Assembly: GCA_973895155.1 (NCBI GenBank)
Contig: OZ316896.1
Span: 17,100,754-17,164,753 of the forward strand
Source: Marsupella aquatica
Lineage: Eukaryota; Plantae; Marchantiophyta
Length of the DNA: 64,000 bases
Direction of reading: 5' to 3'
Positions within the stretch are counted from its first letter, which is position 1. Every line of letters starts with the position of its first letter. The translations under genes and the position numbers were made by a program. Positions 38,264 to 51,567 of this stretch are shown here, in pieces. The notes beneath the pieces were generated by a model. That model was not told the DNA's origin, made no database searches, and saw only the letters and a program-made list of their open reading frames with translations.

Positions 38264-40977
38264 CTACAGATGTTTTGCTCTCCAATCTACGAAAAGTTTG
38301 TCCTCGTCACTTTCATCTGTTGAATCATCCTCTTCCTCTTCACTTAATTGAGCCTGATCCATGTTTTCCAAGTGAACAGCTGCTTCTGCCTTCTGTTCTT
38401 GGCGTTTCCTGATTGCTTCAATTCTTTCGAATAGATTCCTGTATTTCCAAAGCATTACACAATCCCCATTGATATCGAGGAAATCTTCCAAGAACAGACG
38501 AAGTATGTATATCATTCTTTGGCTACAAATTAGACTCTGTCAAACAAAGGGCCTAAACTCATTTTGGTGTATGCAAGATACACATAGACGAACCCGTACA
38601 CTTCGTGGTCAATTAAGGGACTAACAGAGGGGTGACGAGCCCCGGAAAATTGACGGGAGAAACCGAAGATTACTGATAAATCAAGTAAAACAAAAACCGG
38701 AGAAAAACGAAATCGCATGGCAATGACGGGTTTTCCTTAAATAACGACCAAGCCGGACCACTTCGGACATTTTCAGAGTGGAGATCTTCAGCATACCTTT
38801 GCTCCATTTGTTCTAGTTCTTCTCTATCTTCTGCTGCGTCAAACTGCACACGTTTCGGTAATAATAATGAGAAAAGGGAAAACTAGTGCTGCCTCAATAT
38901 ACGAACAGGGAAATGCAATTGCAGTTCATTGCAACAAAATCCGGGATTGCCAAAAGCACCTCTTCCTCCTCCAGCCGAACATCTACACCCTTCACATCCT
39001 CATTAATTGACTTCCAAAATTGCTCGTACTCATCCCTTCAAATGATCGTCCAACAGAGGTCAGTGAGAAAATGAGAGGAACGAAGCATGACCTTGCGTAG
39101 CCTAAGAACGAACATTCCGTGGCAAAAGGTAAAATATATTGAAAAGATATCAAGGTTCTTAACGGAAATTAAATCTCAAATCTTGAGTTTGGTGCGGGTA
39201 GACAAATTCTAGGAATTAGAGAGGAAGGGAGGGAGAAAAAGAAGGTGGCATACTGAGAGGACCCTGGGAACATGCATTCCAGACAAGATGCCAAATTTGT
39301 TAACAGCCTTCGGAAAAACCAGGGAGGTGAACGAAGGCTTACTGAATGCTGATCTTGACGGGCTCAATTCCCCGAGCTCGAGAGTCAGCATCGGAATTAT
39401 CGAAGAAGCCCTTTGGTAAAGCCCCCGTTGCACTAGGGGTCTCCTGGGAATGTTGGGTCGATGTTTGAGTTGATGGTTTTGCATCTACTCGCTGATTAGT
39501 GATCCTGAGTTCTGATTCACAATTGAGCCCAGCGGGATCAGCACTTCTTGACAGGCTTTGGGAACATCTATGATGTTTCTGCTCAGAATGTGTCTGACAT
39601 AACTGTTATTCAACACTTTTTCTCAAGAGGTCTCGTAACCCTAAGCCTAAACGTATAGAAATTGGTTCCCCAGAGCGGTACTAGTAAATTTGGCTAGAGG
39701 TATTTCACACAAGACTTCACAGAAGAATTGACATTCTGGTAGGGGATTGACAAACTTGAGCTTGAGCGTCCGCTTCCAGGGTTATCAGATGAAGCCCCCG
39801 GTCGAGCATCGAAGAAATCCCCCGGCAGCTCAGATGCCAGACGAGTCCGAGGGACAGCCATTTCCACAGGCGCTCTGGGAGGCTCACTCGGACTTGGTCC
39901 ACGGACTGCTGCTGCTTTGGCCTTGAATTCGTCCACCGCCTGCATCCAAAACAAGGCCCCAGTCAGCACATTTTGAAAATGACAATGTGGTCATTCTTCC
40001 TTCATATGATTCAACGTGGCAACAACTGTTTATGACGACTTGCTTCTATGATCATAGGGGCCCTAGATGCCATTGAAACAAAACAAACCGGCTAGGACTC
40101 AAAGCAATCTATCTCAAGCACCCACCGCCAAGAATTATCTCATTATTCCCCGGATGATTCCGAACCCCGGAACAGCGGAGTCCGGGATAAATCCTAACCT
40201 CCCATCTCATAAAACTTCGGTAATCCATTAAATCAGGTTCTCTGTGAACTAGGCAAAGGAATACTGCATAAGAAAAATTGCAGTACTCAAAACCTAAAAA
40301 CTTCAGATAGAAGAAGCGGTACAATGAGCGGTTAGAAAATGTACTGTTTTGTGTTGACGAGATTGAGTGTGGGCGGTCCATAGAGATTCAGATTTTACAG
40401 TGGTATTACACAGGTTGCACACAGGTTGTCCCAAGTCATTGTACCTGTCAAAAATCGTCGCCAGAAGAATGAGAGAATAAAAATGAATGAATGAATGAAT
40501 TTGGCGTCCATGAGACCAAGAGAAAGCAATGTCTGCCAAGATTCAAGGTCACTCAACACAGAATGTGGACAGCAAAAACAGGAGATGAACTAGAGACCTA
40601 CTCCCAGCTCAAAGCGACTTGCGAAGCAGTAGAATAAGTGGATTACAAAACCTAATCCCATTCCGGCCTAAAGCACAACTGTGCCAAAATGTGCCCTAAC
40701 ACCAAAACGTACTCTCTCCCGATAGCTCTAGAAATAAAAAGGCAAATTGATGGCCAATGCATCCCCATTGTTTGCTAACGTGCGGAGAGTAATTTCCAAT
40801 TGACGTTGGACACTTGAAACCTAAAGAATGCAAAGACATACATTGACAGAGCAGTAGTAATATTGGAAAAAATCGACAATACACACACACATACCGGACA
40901 AGCGGGCTCTGGATTTTCTTCTCCCGATTTCGAACTGCTTCTCTCACACGCGATCGCATAAGAGCCTTGGAATCCAT
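38264..40977 (-). CDS. Zinc finger protein 830 (CCDC16)-like splicing-associated protein, ~319 aa
   Basis: Seven phase-consistent GT-AG exons: 40977-40895, 40444-40345, 39939-39721, 39602-39343, 39035-38960, 38843-38797 and 38438-38264. Contains the IQSPLVRYNDLGQPVCNLC...LWTAHTQSRQH zinc finger, two LPxxFFD motifs and an acidic C-terminus ending VDWRAKHL. Confidence 0.92.
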
Positions 40978-41140
40978 CGATAGATCGCCGTGTATATATT
41001 CCTGTCCGTCACACCTCACTGACCCGTTTTGCAGCGGACCCAAAACTTCTGTCTCGCTTCAACTGCTGCAGAGCCTTCCAGAAGAAGTAGAAGACCTTTC
41101 AAAGCCTGGCCAGGTCTTCAAAACCGGTGATCCAGAGCTC

Positions 41141-41195
41141 GAAAACAACGTCGAAAACAACATCAAAAACAACATCAAAAACAACATCAAAAACA
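41141..41195. repeat. 12-bp tandem repeat (AAAACAACRTCR x4) upstream of the ZNF830-like gene
   Basis: Seen directly in the sequence. Confidence 0.85.
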
Positions 41196-41454
41196 TGATG
41201 ATTTTGATTCCCGGCCAGGTGACTGGTTGTACGTATGTCAGCGAGCATTCCCTCTCAAATCGGCTGATCGTGCAGGAGCAATGTGAGAGAGTGCAGCAAA
41301 CTGCTGAAACCCACAACAGCACAGGACGGTCGTCGTTGAAGCCACAGTTTTGGAGCTTGTCTGCTTTCAACTCCACTATGAGGCTGATATTTTATGGGGG
41401 ACACTAAAATGCTTTGCATTGTCTACAATCATACTGTAGGTAACTAACAGCAAG

Positions 41455-41797
41455 CTCTAAATCTCGAACTGTGCAGGGCACTATTCCATTGCGTTCTTCC
41501 ACTTCCCTGAGTGAATCTGTTATTACACCACTAAGAGCTCTCAAGTTTGAGTTGATGTTGTTTTTTTTTGGTTGTTTTTTTTAAATTATTTTTAAGAGGA
41601 AATCTGCTCTAAATCTCGAACTATGTGATGTTTTGTTTTAAAATTATTTTTAGAGGGAATCTGCTCTAAATCTCTAACTATGCAGGGCAGTATTCCATTG
41701 ACTTCTTCCACTTCCCTGAGCGAATCAATTACACTAGCTCTCAAGTTTGTGTTAATGTTTTGTTTTGTTTTTTAACTGTTTTTAAGAGTAAATCTGT
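41455..41797. repeat. Tandem duplication of a ~140-150-bp unit with a partial middle copy
   Basis: ctctaaatctc.aact occurs three times and tattccattg..ttcttccacttccctgag twice. Confidence 0.8.
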
Positions 41798-43717
41798 TTA
41801 ACCTCACAGAAAGTGAATCTTACTATAAAAGCGCGAACGAAGTCTACTCTTAAGGGCCTAGGGTCTAGAGTGAAGCCTCTAGACTGTAACCCCCTAGAGA
41901 CAAAAGTGATCATGAATCTCAATTTAAAAATACTTAAAATGAGGATTAACAAAATAGCATAGAAATATTATTGTGCAATGAATTTTTTTTTCATATCTGT
42001 TTACGTTCAAGGAACGGGTAATCGGGCTAGTAGTCAACTACAACATTTGAACTCTAGACTTATGAGTCTCAACTCAAGTGAGTTATCACGCAGTCATGCC
42101 TCTTTGGGCTTGTGTTGATGTTTTTAAGAATAACAAGAACACTTGATGCCTTCTCTAGGAGATATAAAAGATCATGTGACTTTAAGACAACATTTGCCAG
42201 TTGAACACTCTAGCCAAACAAACTGTCCAGATGGTATTTCAAGATAAGGTATGACCCTTGAAATTCTTGTTTGCTGGAAATTGGCTCAAGAAATGTACGC
42301 TTGTTTTTGTTCATGTGCACAAAATTGTCAAAAACACCATCAATAAATGCCACGGTGCCCACTTCTAGGGCTTATGATTAGCCACTTCTGAGGATGATCT
42401 CAAATAGATACTCATGCAGAGACTTTATCCTGAGCTAGACTGATGGTCTAAATGTTCAACATGGACAGTACTCTTAAACCACACCTGCCACTATAAAAGT
42501 CTCATTTCATGTCTCACTACTCACCATAAAAGGTGGAACATTAGCACCTTGAACCTGTGCTCTTTACAATGAGAGCTATGGGTTACCCGTAGCCCTTTAT
42601 AGGGGCAGGTGTGATTTAAGGCAAACTTCACATCATCAATTCATCATCAAGAAGCTGATCTCAGCTTATTCACAGAGAAGCTCTCATATGTAAACAATCA
42701 GCTCAATGACACATCAAAATTTTGTTCTAGAGCAGTAACCAAGCTTTGGAAAATGCAAAACTTGGTCAGTGCAAGATTGTTTTTGATGCAAAATCTAGGG
42801 TGGATACATGTAGTTCAATTGTGTTGGAACAATGATGCAGGAAAGTCCTTGTTTTTCTTCAAGATTGAAGACAAAATTTCTATTTGAAGGAGTGCAATAT
42901 GCCTTTTGCTTTTAAAGGGATTTTTTCCATTCTTTATAGGATTAGTAAGTGATATAAACAAGGAAACTATGATTGATTAGAGTTAGACCTAGCTAAGTCG
43001 TTTCTAAGTGCCAAGAGGGACACCGGAGTCATGATGACAAAAGGAAAGTCACTATTAAACCTCCATTGTCCCTGAAACCACCACTGGCCATATAAAAGGA
43101 GATGTGTCCAAGACTTCTCCCTTTTCCACATTCCTATCCTCTACCATGAGACTTTGCTCCACAATTTCATGAAAAAATACTAAAACTGGTGAAATCTGTG
43201 GAACCAGGTTTTTGTCATGGCTAGTGGCTCTTGAAGCAAAACTTGATGGATAATTGAGTCAAAAAAGTTCTTGAAAACAGAAAAAGGTAAGCATAAAATG
43301 GCTATTTTGTACTGACTCCCAAAGCTTTGCAGACAGTGGCGGTTTGTGTACGATGCTAGATCTATCCAGGCATAAACTTATGTCCGTCATATGTTTTAGT
43401 GCTTATATTTCCTTTTGTGCTGCTTTTGTCATCATATCACTTTTTGTCAACAAAGAGTCACCAGTTATGCCTGGTTAAGAAGCAAGTCTGTGGAAGGCTT
43501 CAATCCGGGCTGGGGGGGACTTGACAGTCTTGAAGCACCCAAGCCGTGAGCGCGACATTTTTTGTCAGTGACAATTTTGAAAATACAAAGGGAAATAGGA
43601 AAAGTTGTTTACACTGTAAGCCTCTCCTTACAGACCTGTAAAATGGACTGTAACCCTGTGTAAATCTAAGTTTTAGAACCCAGATTGACACCCAAATCAA
43701 TTTGGATGACCCATGAA

Positions 43718-43767
43718 GTCCTCAAAACTTCTCCCTTCTAAATTGGCTTTGGAGAAGTTTTGAGGAC
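43718..43767. repeat. Perfect 17-bp inverted repeat with a 16-nt loop
   Basis: GTCCTCAAAACTTCTCC ... GGAGAAGTTTTGAGGAC. Confidence 0.9.
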
Positions 43768-46289
43768 ATCTCCTAGGGTGAACGTCTTGACTTAGAGACC
43801 CTGTAAATAAGGTGTACATAGGGAGTAATTAAGGAGTTGTAAACAAACAATTTTATTCCCTTTCTGAGAGCTACATTTAGTCTACAGCAGTAGAAGCACC
43901 TGCTGGATGGGGACGAAGGGAAAATAAGATATAAGGACTGAAGGGAAATAAGATATGCTGACATGGGTCGAGGATATGACGGTCTACACAAATTGTTAGT
44001 GTTTTAAATGTTATTTAAATAAAAAAGATGCATAAATCATTTGAATCACAATCTTCCATCCCATGATTCAGGAGAGGGGGAATTTTGAGGAAATTAAGTT
44101 TTGAATTTGGGTTACTTGTCAGAAATGTGCTACTAAAGCCTATGAATTCACCAAAGGAAATCTGCAACAAATTTCATACAAGGATTTCAATCACATACAA
44201 TATGAATGAGATGTAATACAAGCATTTTTCCAACAGGATCGAGAACAAGTAGTGTGATCAGGGTTGTACTTTATACATCCTGAATAGGCTATGGTAGTGA
44301 ATGAGACAAATAAGTCACATGTAAGGAACTTCTGTAGGTTATCACATTTTAGTTGAATTCGTTTTTATACAATAAATGTTGGCCAAGTTAAAGCAGTCAT
44401 CTCAGCAGTCATTAGAGTAGTCCATCAATGGAGACCTTTAAGTGGGCTTACTTAATTCTTACATCAGGATATTCTGCTTATTAGATGGGGATTTAGCAGA
44501 AGCTGGAGAAGTTATATATTGTTGTGTCTAAAGCCTGGACCCAAAATTGCACATATTTCAAAATTTAAAATAAATATACTTAGTGTTTAAGTTAGAGCAT
44601 TAAGTTATATGTCATTGCGCTCTAGTCTGTGCATAAGGTGTGACAAGTGGTGTGTAAAACGTGTGATCCAAACATGTGGAGTCATTAGGACAACCGGTAG
44701 TGGGTCTGGGAGGCCAGGACAAGGGACATCACCATCCACATTTAACACTGGCAAGTGGCTCCAAATTAAACATTGTATCAGGTATTTCACTTATTCTGGA
44801 AAGTATCCCAAGATTGGAATATTGAAGTGTTTTGAAAATTCTAAAATGAGGTAATGGAATATTTAGTGTAGGGTTATGGAATTTTCATATTCAAGCTTTG
44901 GAATGAATACTCAGGGCAAGCACCATTGAAATGTCAGTTGGGCAATTGAGGTCACCCTTTTAGATATTGAATAGAGTCTCAAAGCTATACATTTTGTTTA
45001 CAACGGGCACACAATCATTCTCTAATGCAGGTGACCCGGATCAAATGGTCGGCCCACCAATTTGCCTACCCAAACTTTTATACCCAATTTTTTAGTGACT
45101 GGATGTCCGCAAAGAGTGTATAGTCTGATGAACTGCCAAGCAGTCGTTTGACTCAGGTTTGGACCCCCATTTTACGACACCCAATTTTGTGACACCCAAT
45201 TTCCATTTATCCAACCAGATGTAGAGGTAGGATCCCCAAAAAAGTGGAAGTTTAAAATGGTCTAGGGTTCCCATGGTAGCAAGGCACAAAATGGAATTGA
45301 TTCTTCATGTCCCTCGATCCAATGGAGTTGAGTTGGACATTGCAATCTCTGTGCGACAATCCTGAACTCTATCAAGAAAGTTTTAGGAAAAAGATGACAC
45401 CAGAGAACTAGATACAAGAGAACTGAAGATAACTTGCAAGTAACAAAATATGTGTGCCATTGACAAAGTGCACACAATTTTCCAAAGTAAATATTTTCAT
45501 TCTTTACAGTACTGCTTGATGTTAGAAAAGGCATCCATCAAACCATCAATGTCGATGCCAAAATAATTTCAAACTCAGGGAAATCTATTTCATCACCTCC
45601 AAACACAATCATGTATCAAAACTCCGCGACAATGAAGTCCTGGGGGAAAATGACTCCACTACAACTACCTATGTTGACCACAAATATGTGGGAAAAATGA
45701 CACATTCATTTCCCAAAACACTTTGGATGGAGGTAGTGACAAAATTATCAAAGTACACCTCCTTCCACACAATATTGCTCTTCACCATGATTCAATTGAA
45801 CTCTCCAGTTTGCCATTCACTTTTGAGAATGTACTCTAAACTAACCAATCTTGTTTCTACCATCTCTTGACCTACAAACTAAATTAGATCACTAAGTGCA
45901 CAATACGTCTGGTCCATGTCTGGTCAATATCATCCTTAGATTTTCTAACCCAACCTATTACAGACCTCGTGTGTGGAAGATGCGTGATACAGTCATGAAC
46001 GATCTGAATGCGTTAATTAGGCACCCAAATGTGGATCGATTATTGAATTCGCGTGGACGTATTCATTCATGTTCATTTATTGGCTTGCTACATCTTAGAG
46101 AAAGTTTTGGTAGCAATGATGAGACGTTTCATATGTGCTAAAGGTTGCTGGCTATGGAGCGAGAGAGGAGCTGTTGCAAACGGATTTTAACTCAAGCTTA
46201 TTTGTTCGTCCGATCGTAGCACAAGCAACAAGCCGTTACTTCAATTGAGATAGAAAAGTTCATATAATTTATTCTCGACACAGGAGAAG

Positions 46290-46871
46290 CTAATTGGAGC
46301 TGGATGGCTCACTTGCTCTCATCCGTCTCGTGATGAGGTCAATGGCAGCATTGGCTGACGAAAAAGCCCCATGAAAGCTTTGCTTAAAAGAAAATGTCTC
46401 CAAGTCCCTTACCATTTGCATCAATATATCTCCGACATCCAACTGCTCCTCTAATAGACAATAATAATAAACCTTCGCACAACGCTTGCTAATCTCCTCG
46501 TTGGCAGGCTCCGGACAGAACTCATCATCCAACCACTGGTGCAGTGCTCCTCTGAGCCATTCCGACTCCTGAGCTGCTACCTCTGGCACCACCTAAGCCT
46601 TTGGCACTGCCAAATCGGGCAGAAACACTCCCTCATTAGTCCTCTCATCAGATGACACGCATCTCCTCGTCCGTCTCAGTTCAAGGGTTCCAACATTGTC
46701 TTGAAATGTGCCATTAGCGAAGCTCACTCTTGAGCAGTCGCGAAGAAATCGACCTGTGTAAATGGATGCTACCTGTGAAGAAATACTGCTGCTACTGATA
46801 TTGGATGATGACCAGCAAGAACCCCAACTCAACAGCACTGCAGGTGTAGTACCTACTCGAATGCAGGCCAT
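46290..46871 (-). pseudogene. Conserved plastid-type uncharacterised protein with one in-frame TAG (nonsense allele, sequence error or cryptic intron)
   Basis: ATG at 46871 begins a Ser/Arg-rich transit-peptide-like N-terminus, in the same frame as ESEWLRGALHQWLDDEFCPEPANEEISKRCA...SFHGAFSSANA, which resembles a conserved cyanobacterial/plant hypothetical protein. A single TAG at 46595-46593 joins the two ORFs. Confidence 0.65.
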
Positions 46872-47338
46872 AACTGGAAATTGATCAAGCTTCTTCACCT
46901 GAGTTCCAATCAATTGTAAATAATCAATAGTCAGACATCAACATTGTCGTTAAGCCATGGAGTCGAGCTGTGAGTGCAAAACAGCCCGCATCTTCACACA
47001 TTATCAGCTCAAAGTTATTGGTCAAACTTGGAGCTCACTCAATTGCTACATGTGCTTCACAGCAGATGGAAAGGCGTCAGCGTAGCAAACCACTTTCAGA
47101 GCTTTTCTCAACTTCGGATGGAACGCACAACTTTGATCTAGCTTCAGTTTTGCACAATCAGGTCCAAGTGGATATGTCACTCTGAAGTCCTGTATCTCTG
47201 CTCGATATATCGATCACAATTTTTATATCGTAGATAAGGAATTAGTGTGGACAGCAAATTAGTGGGATTGGATACCGTCCACACTAATTATAGTTGGGAT
47301 TTATTACATGGATACATACACATTTTTGTGGTATTAGA

Positions 47339-47570
47339 TACGTTACCACTATTCTTAGTTACTTTCCCACTCTTTTCGGTTTGACAAGCCTAACGAGTCA
47401 CGACAATTGACTCGTTCATTCATTTGTTAAATTGTTGAATCATTCCTCTAGTTACGTTACCACTCTTCTTAGTTACTTTCCCACTCTTTTTAGTTTGACA
47501 AGCCTAACGAGTCAAGACAATTGACTCGTTCATTCATTTGTTAAATTGTTAAATCCATTCCTCTAGTTAC
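47339..47570. repeat. Near-identical ~114-bp tandem duplication, each copy containing the hairpin AACGAGTCA-N7-TGACTCGTT
   Basis: Seen directly in the sequence. Confidence 0.9.
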
Positions 47571-48564
47571 ACTTGCTCAACGGATCCAAGATCTCCAGAG
47601 AATTCACGCTTTACTTACATTTGTTCTATCCATTCAGTTGATGCAATCCTTTCATTTCGCTTTACTCATTTCTTCATTCATTCATTCGAAATTAACTACC
47701 CGGAAGGATACCAGGCCCTGGAGGACGAGCCAGAGATTGCTTACGCCTAGATAAAATACATGCTGCTCTGCTAAATGACTTGTGCTCCCTCGTTACGCAC
47801 CCTTAAGCAGCAGTCCGACGAGGTGAAATAACTTAGGGAATTGAGCTTATTCCTTTCATGTCTTCCATTCACGCGTTCACAGCAGTGAGAAGTTCGGACC
47901 ACCATACCTAAGAGAGAAAGTCGCTCTCGATGGCCCAGCCACGGACTGCTTCTGGCCCCAGATGGAAGAGCTCTGCAATACTGTCGAAGTATAAGCCGCA
48001 GCCGTCGTGAGCGACACCGCAGTCATGGCTACTAGTGATGTCACAAACTCACCATCTCACAGATTCTCCCTCCTCCTCTTTCTCAGTCGTCCCTGCAGCA
48101 AATTCGGGAAAAAACGGTCCAGCCGAGGAATCAAAACTAGGCAGAATTCAGACCCGAGTCGGATTTCACCGACAAACAAACACCGCGAGCACGAAAACAG
48201 CCAACCACCTTCCACGCGGAGTTAATCCGGGACTGATCGCTCAGGCCACGAGCTGACTAAAACAGCACAAAATTGAGTGCGAAATCTCACCGACCGGCAC
48301 GCAAAGCAAACACCGCAAGCTGTCTCTCGCAGAAGAAATGTGCGCAGACACGGACCCCGAGCGCGGCAAACGAGAGATAGTGGAATGAGAAGATAGCTTT
48401 CTTCCTCTCCTGTGACTTGAGGAGTTGAGGCCCTCGGCCTCTCTCTGCATCTCTCGGAGGTCATGATGCCTCACTACACTACAGTAGTCTCTTCTCTCTT
48501 TGTGAATACTTTTGTTAGTTTTTTCTTTGTACTTCTGAGTGCATTGATTTTCCATACATACTCG

Positions 48565-48786
48565 AGACCATTTACTTGATGGAACCCCAAAATGCAAAAT
48601 TTACTTGATGGACCCCCAAAATGCAAAATTTACTTGATGGACTATCCAGTTGATAGATCTCAAATCAATGTACCCAAAAGCTCAGGTGATCTTATGGGGT
48701 CTATTATCAATGTACCCAAAAGCTCAGGTGATCTTATGGGGTCTATTAGGACATTTCAATTTAGGGGTCCATCAAATATATCTCTC
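48565..48786. mobile_element. MITE-like element with internal 29-bp and 42-bp tandem repeats
   Basis: atttacttgatggaccccc units at the left are inverted to ggggtccatcaaata at ~48764-48778. Perfect 42-bp duplication at 48665-48748. No TSD established. Confidence 0.45.
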
Positions 48787-48849
48787 ATCCAGACTCCCTT
48801 TTTTTCTTTTTTTTTCTTTTTTTTCTTCATACAGCTAGGAGGGGATTAT

Positions 48850-49165
48850 GTGAAGCACCAAAAATGGGAAAGGTAAAACACAAATATAGTGTTGCCATAT
48901 ATAACAACATGATAAATTGTATCAAAGATCACAAGATTTGTCTTTAACTTCTTTCATGTCTTTGACCAATTGCATAGCAACCATTTCTTGCATGGCCCTT
49001 TACCTTGGATTTTCTATTCCAGAGATTCCTTTTTTTTGTCTCTTGCCAAAAAATCACTCAATTTTTTACCTACATTAATGTCCTAGTTACTAGCATTATG
49101 AGAATCATGCCCTCAAAACTTGGGCTTATATCTCATAATGCCCTCTAACCAGGACATTATCTTAT
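48850..49165. repeat. Dispersed repeat, copy 2 (see 13320-13655)
   Basis: Same colinear blocks as copy 1. The terminal hairpin here is 78 bp (49079-49156) versus 48 bp (13600-13647). Confidence 0.65.
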
Positions 49166-49212
49166 TATTAGTCTCTTTGCTTTGCTTTGCTTTGCTTTGC
49201 TTCGCTTACCAA

Positions 49213-50062
49213 TGACAAAAATCAGCAGCATGAGAAAGAGTGCGCGAAAGAGACGCACTTCCTCCTCTAACTGCAGTTACCGGAAAGATGTCGTGCGCAT
49301 ACACATCACTACAAAACATACATCGCTTGTCACCCACATCCAAACATATATACAATGCAGCATCACAAACACAAGAGAATGGAATACAAGTGGAACTCAT
49401 GTCCACACATGTCCAAAACCCACAATAATCTTCACAACAATCGGCACAACGATCCCAGTCAACAATACCCCATCGATCCTGCACCAATCCGATCACACAC
49501 GTATGTCAAGCCAATGCACCTTGCACTACTCAAGGAATCCACGTTGTACAAGCGGAGCTCATAGTCACCATAGCCACACTCGAGCTCCTCTCTCTCCAAG
49601 GCTCAACATTGAAAGATAACCTTTCAATGCCTCACAAGAGAGAACTACCCTCTCACACAAACCTAATGGAACCCTATCGGCTCCAATAGCACACATACAA
49701 AACATACATACTCAACTAGCACTATATACTACAACAACATCTAGAATGGTGTGACAAAGAGAATACACAGACGGTCGGGATCTCTCTTCGTTAGATGCAA
49801 TCAGGTTCACAGCCATCAATTTTGAATTCCAAGATGGGTTAAAGTCGACCCTGGGTGAGCGGCCAGACATCCTCGCCCTCTGGCTCCTCTCTCTAATTTG
49901 GCTGCGGTGGATGGGATCAGAAGCAATGGTCAAGATCTCCATCTCAACTAGTATCTCCTCATTATTGCCGTCGATCCGGGAGGTCGGACTGGATAATCTC
50001 TCTTGTGAGTGAAGGAGGAATGCTGACGACAAACAGCTGTCCAGGGTTCACACTGACTGTCA
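49213..50062 (-). mobile_element. Possible LTR remnant
   Basis: TGACA...TGTCA ends, an internal TATA at ~49722, and TGGTA (PBS-like start) just beyond its 3' end on the minus strand. No TSD or partner LTR found. Confidence 0.3.
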
Positions 50063-50832
50063 ATTTTTTGGGGGATGACTGCCATTTGTTTCATATAGGG
50101 TAATGACGGTTTTGTCTGGGGTTACTAGCTAGTTTGTAACGCTAGCCTCTGACCAGAAAGTGAGGAAATGTTTATTGACGGCAGCTGTCAGGAAGTTTTT
50201 CTGAGCTTTGTGGGAAGAGGTTTCAGACTAGAACACCCCAACCCAAATTGTCATTATCATACGTAATACCTGCCTGGAAAAGAGATTATCGAGCAAGACT
50301 TTCTGGGCACAGGGTTATGGAAATGGTGGCACCTAGTAGAAAAGGTTACACACCGGTGGGAGCCTATTGTGGTTGAAAGGCCTTTCATGATGGATTGTAT
50401 TGCAAAAAAATTCCAAATCAGCAAGACACACATGCATGATACTGACTTTCTATTTGGTCAGAATGGTGGATCTCAAGCTAAAACACCAACAACAAGAAAA
50501 TGTTTCTTTGACATTTGGATGCATACAAAGAGTCTTACAGCCCAAATTGCTAGAAGGGGCAGTGCTTTCCAATATTTTGATCAAAATTGATTATTTGGAT
50601 GATGATGACATGGTCATGCAACCTTCAGGAAGCAACCTTATAAGATGGACAGGGGTGAATATGTATCTGAACAGACTTAACAAAGTTCAAAAGCATATGG
50701 CGCTGCAATCAGATCCCCAGGGTCATGGATGACAATTTTCAGACTATGTAACCAATTGGAAGTGCTAGACAGGGTTCACTCTCAATCTTTCAGGTACTCT
50801 CATTGATAAACAATCGAGAAGAAAATCATTGG

Positions 50833-51310
50833 TCACACTGAATGCTCTTTCTCTATTTGACGGCCCTTCCTCCTTGTTGACCTGGTAGACACCTTATAAC
50901 ATTGCTCCTCATCTTCAAGGGTCACCAAACCAGCCATCCCGTCCTGGTATTCCCAACTTGGGTCACCCTCCACCTCTCCTTTCTTTGCCATTCCATACTC
51001 AAGTAATTCATAGTAATTTCTCCAGGTGCTTGAGCTAATGTGGGCTTGAGCTAATGTGGGTGTTGCCATCACTCTTGCTCCAGCTCCAACAGGATGGTAT
51101 GCAGTTGTGTGACCCTCTCTTTTGCACACACCACAAAGTAAATGTGATATCCAATACCCTTGCTTCTTTTGCTCTGGACAATTGTTTGAATAGTGGCCTG
51201 GTTTGCCACAATTCTAACAAATGACAATTGCAGTTCTTGGCCCCTTCACATGCGAGTTGGCCCAACTCGCATGTGAGTGGCCTTGTGTTTTGCAGCCCTT
51301 TACCCTCGCA
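50833..51310 (-). pseudogene. Degenerate retrotransposon gag fragment (Ty3/gypsy-like) with CCHC zinc knuckles
   Basis: C*NCGKPGHYSNNC (51219-51178), followed in frame by CGVCKREGHTTAYH and ...KVSTRS. A third decayed knuckle, GCKTQGHSHAS, lies upstream. Confidence 0.65.
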
Positions 51311-51567
51311 ACACTTTACGACAATTGAATCTTTACATTAACAAGTCAATCTTTGTCCTCATTATGTGTCATGTGCACTACAGCAAAACTTGCAATGGCA
51401 GACTCTAGTGATAATTGTTTTATGTGGAAGTTGAGGTCGGGACCTGCAAGGGCAAGAAAATCCCCGGCCAGCTCAGGACTGGCATGGGAGGGGCCGGAAA
51501 ATCCCCGGCCCTAAGCTCAGGACTGGCAGGGGAGGAGGTGACTGCATTTTTCTCTCATGCACTATTA

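Noticed and set aside
49206-49496. Cys/Asp-rich 96-aa ORF as a metallothionein-like or secreted peptide
   Set aside because: The composition follows from TG-rich LTR-like sequence, and there is no signal peptide or defined Cys pattern.
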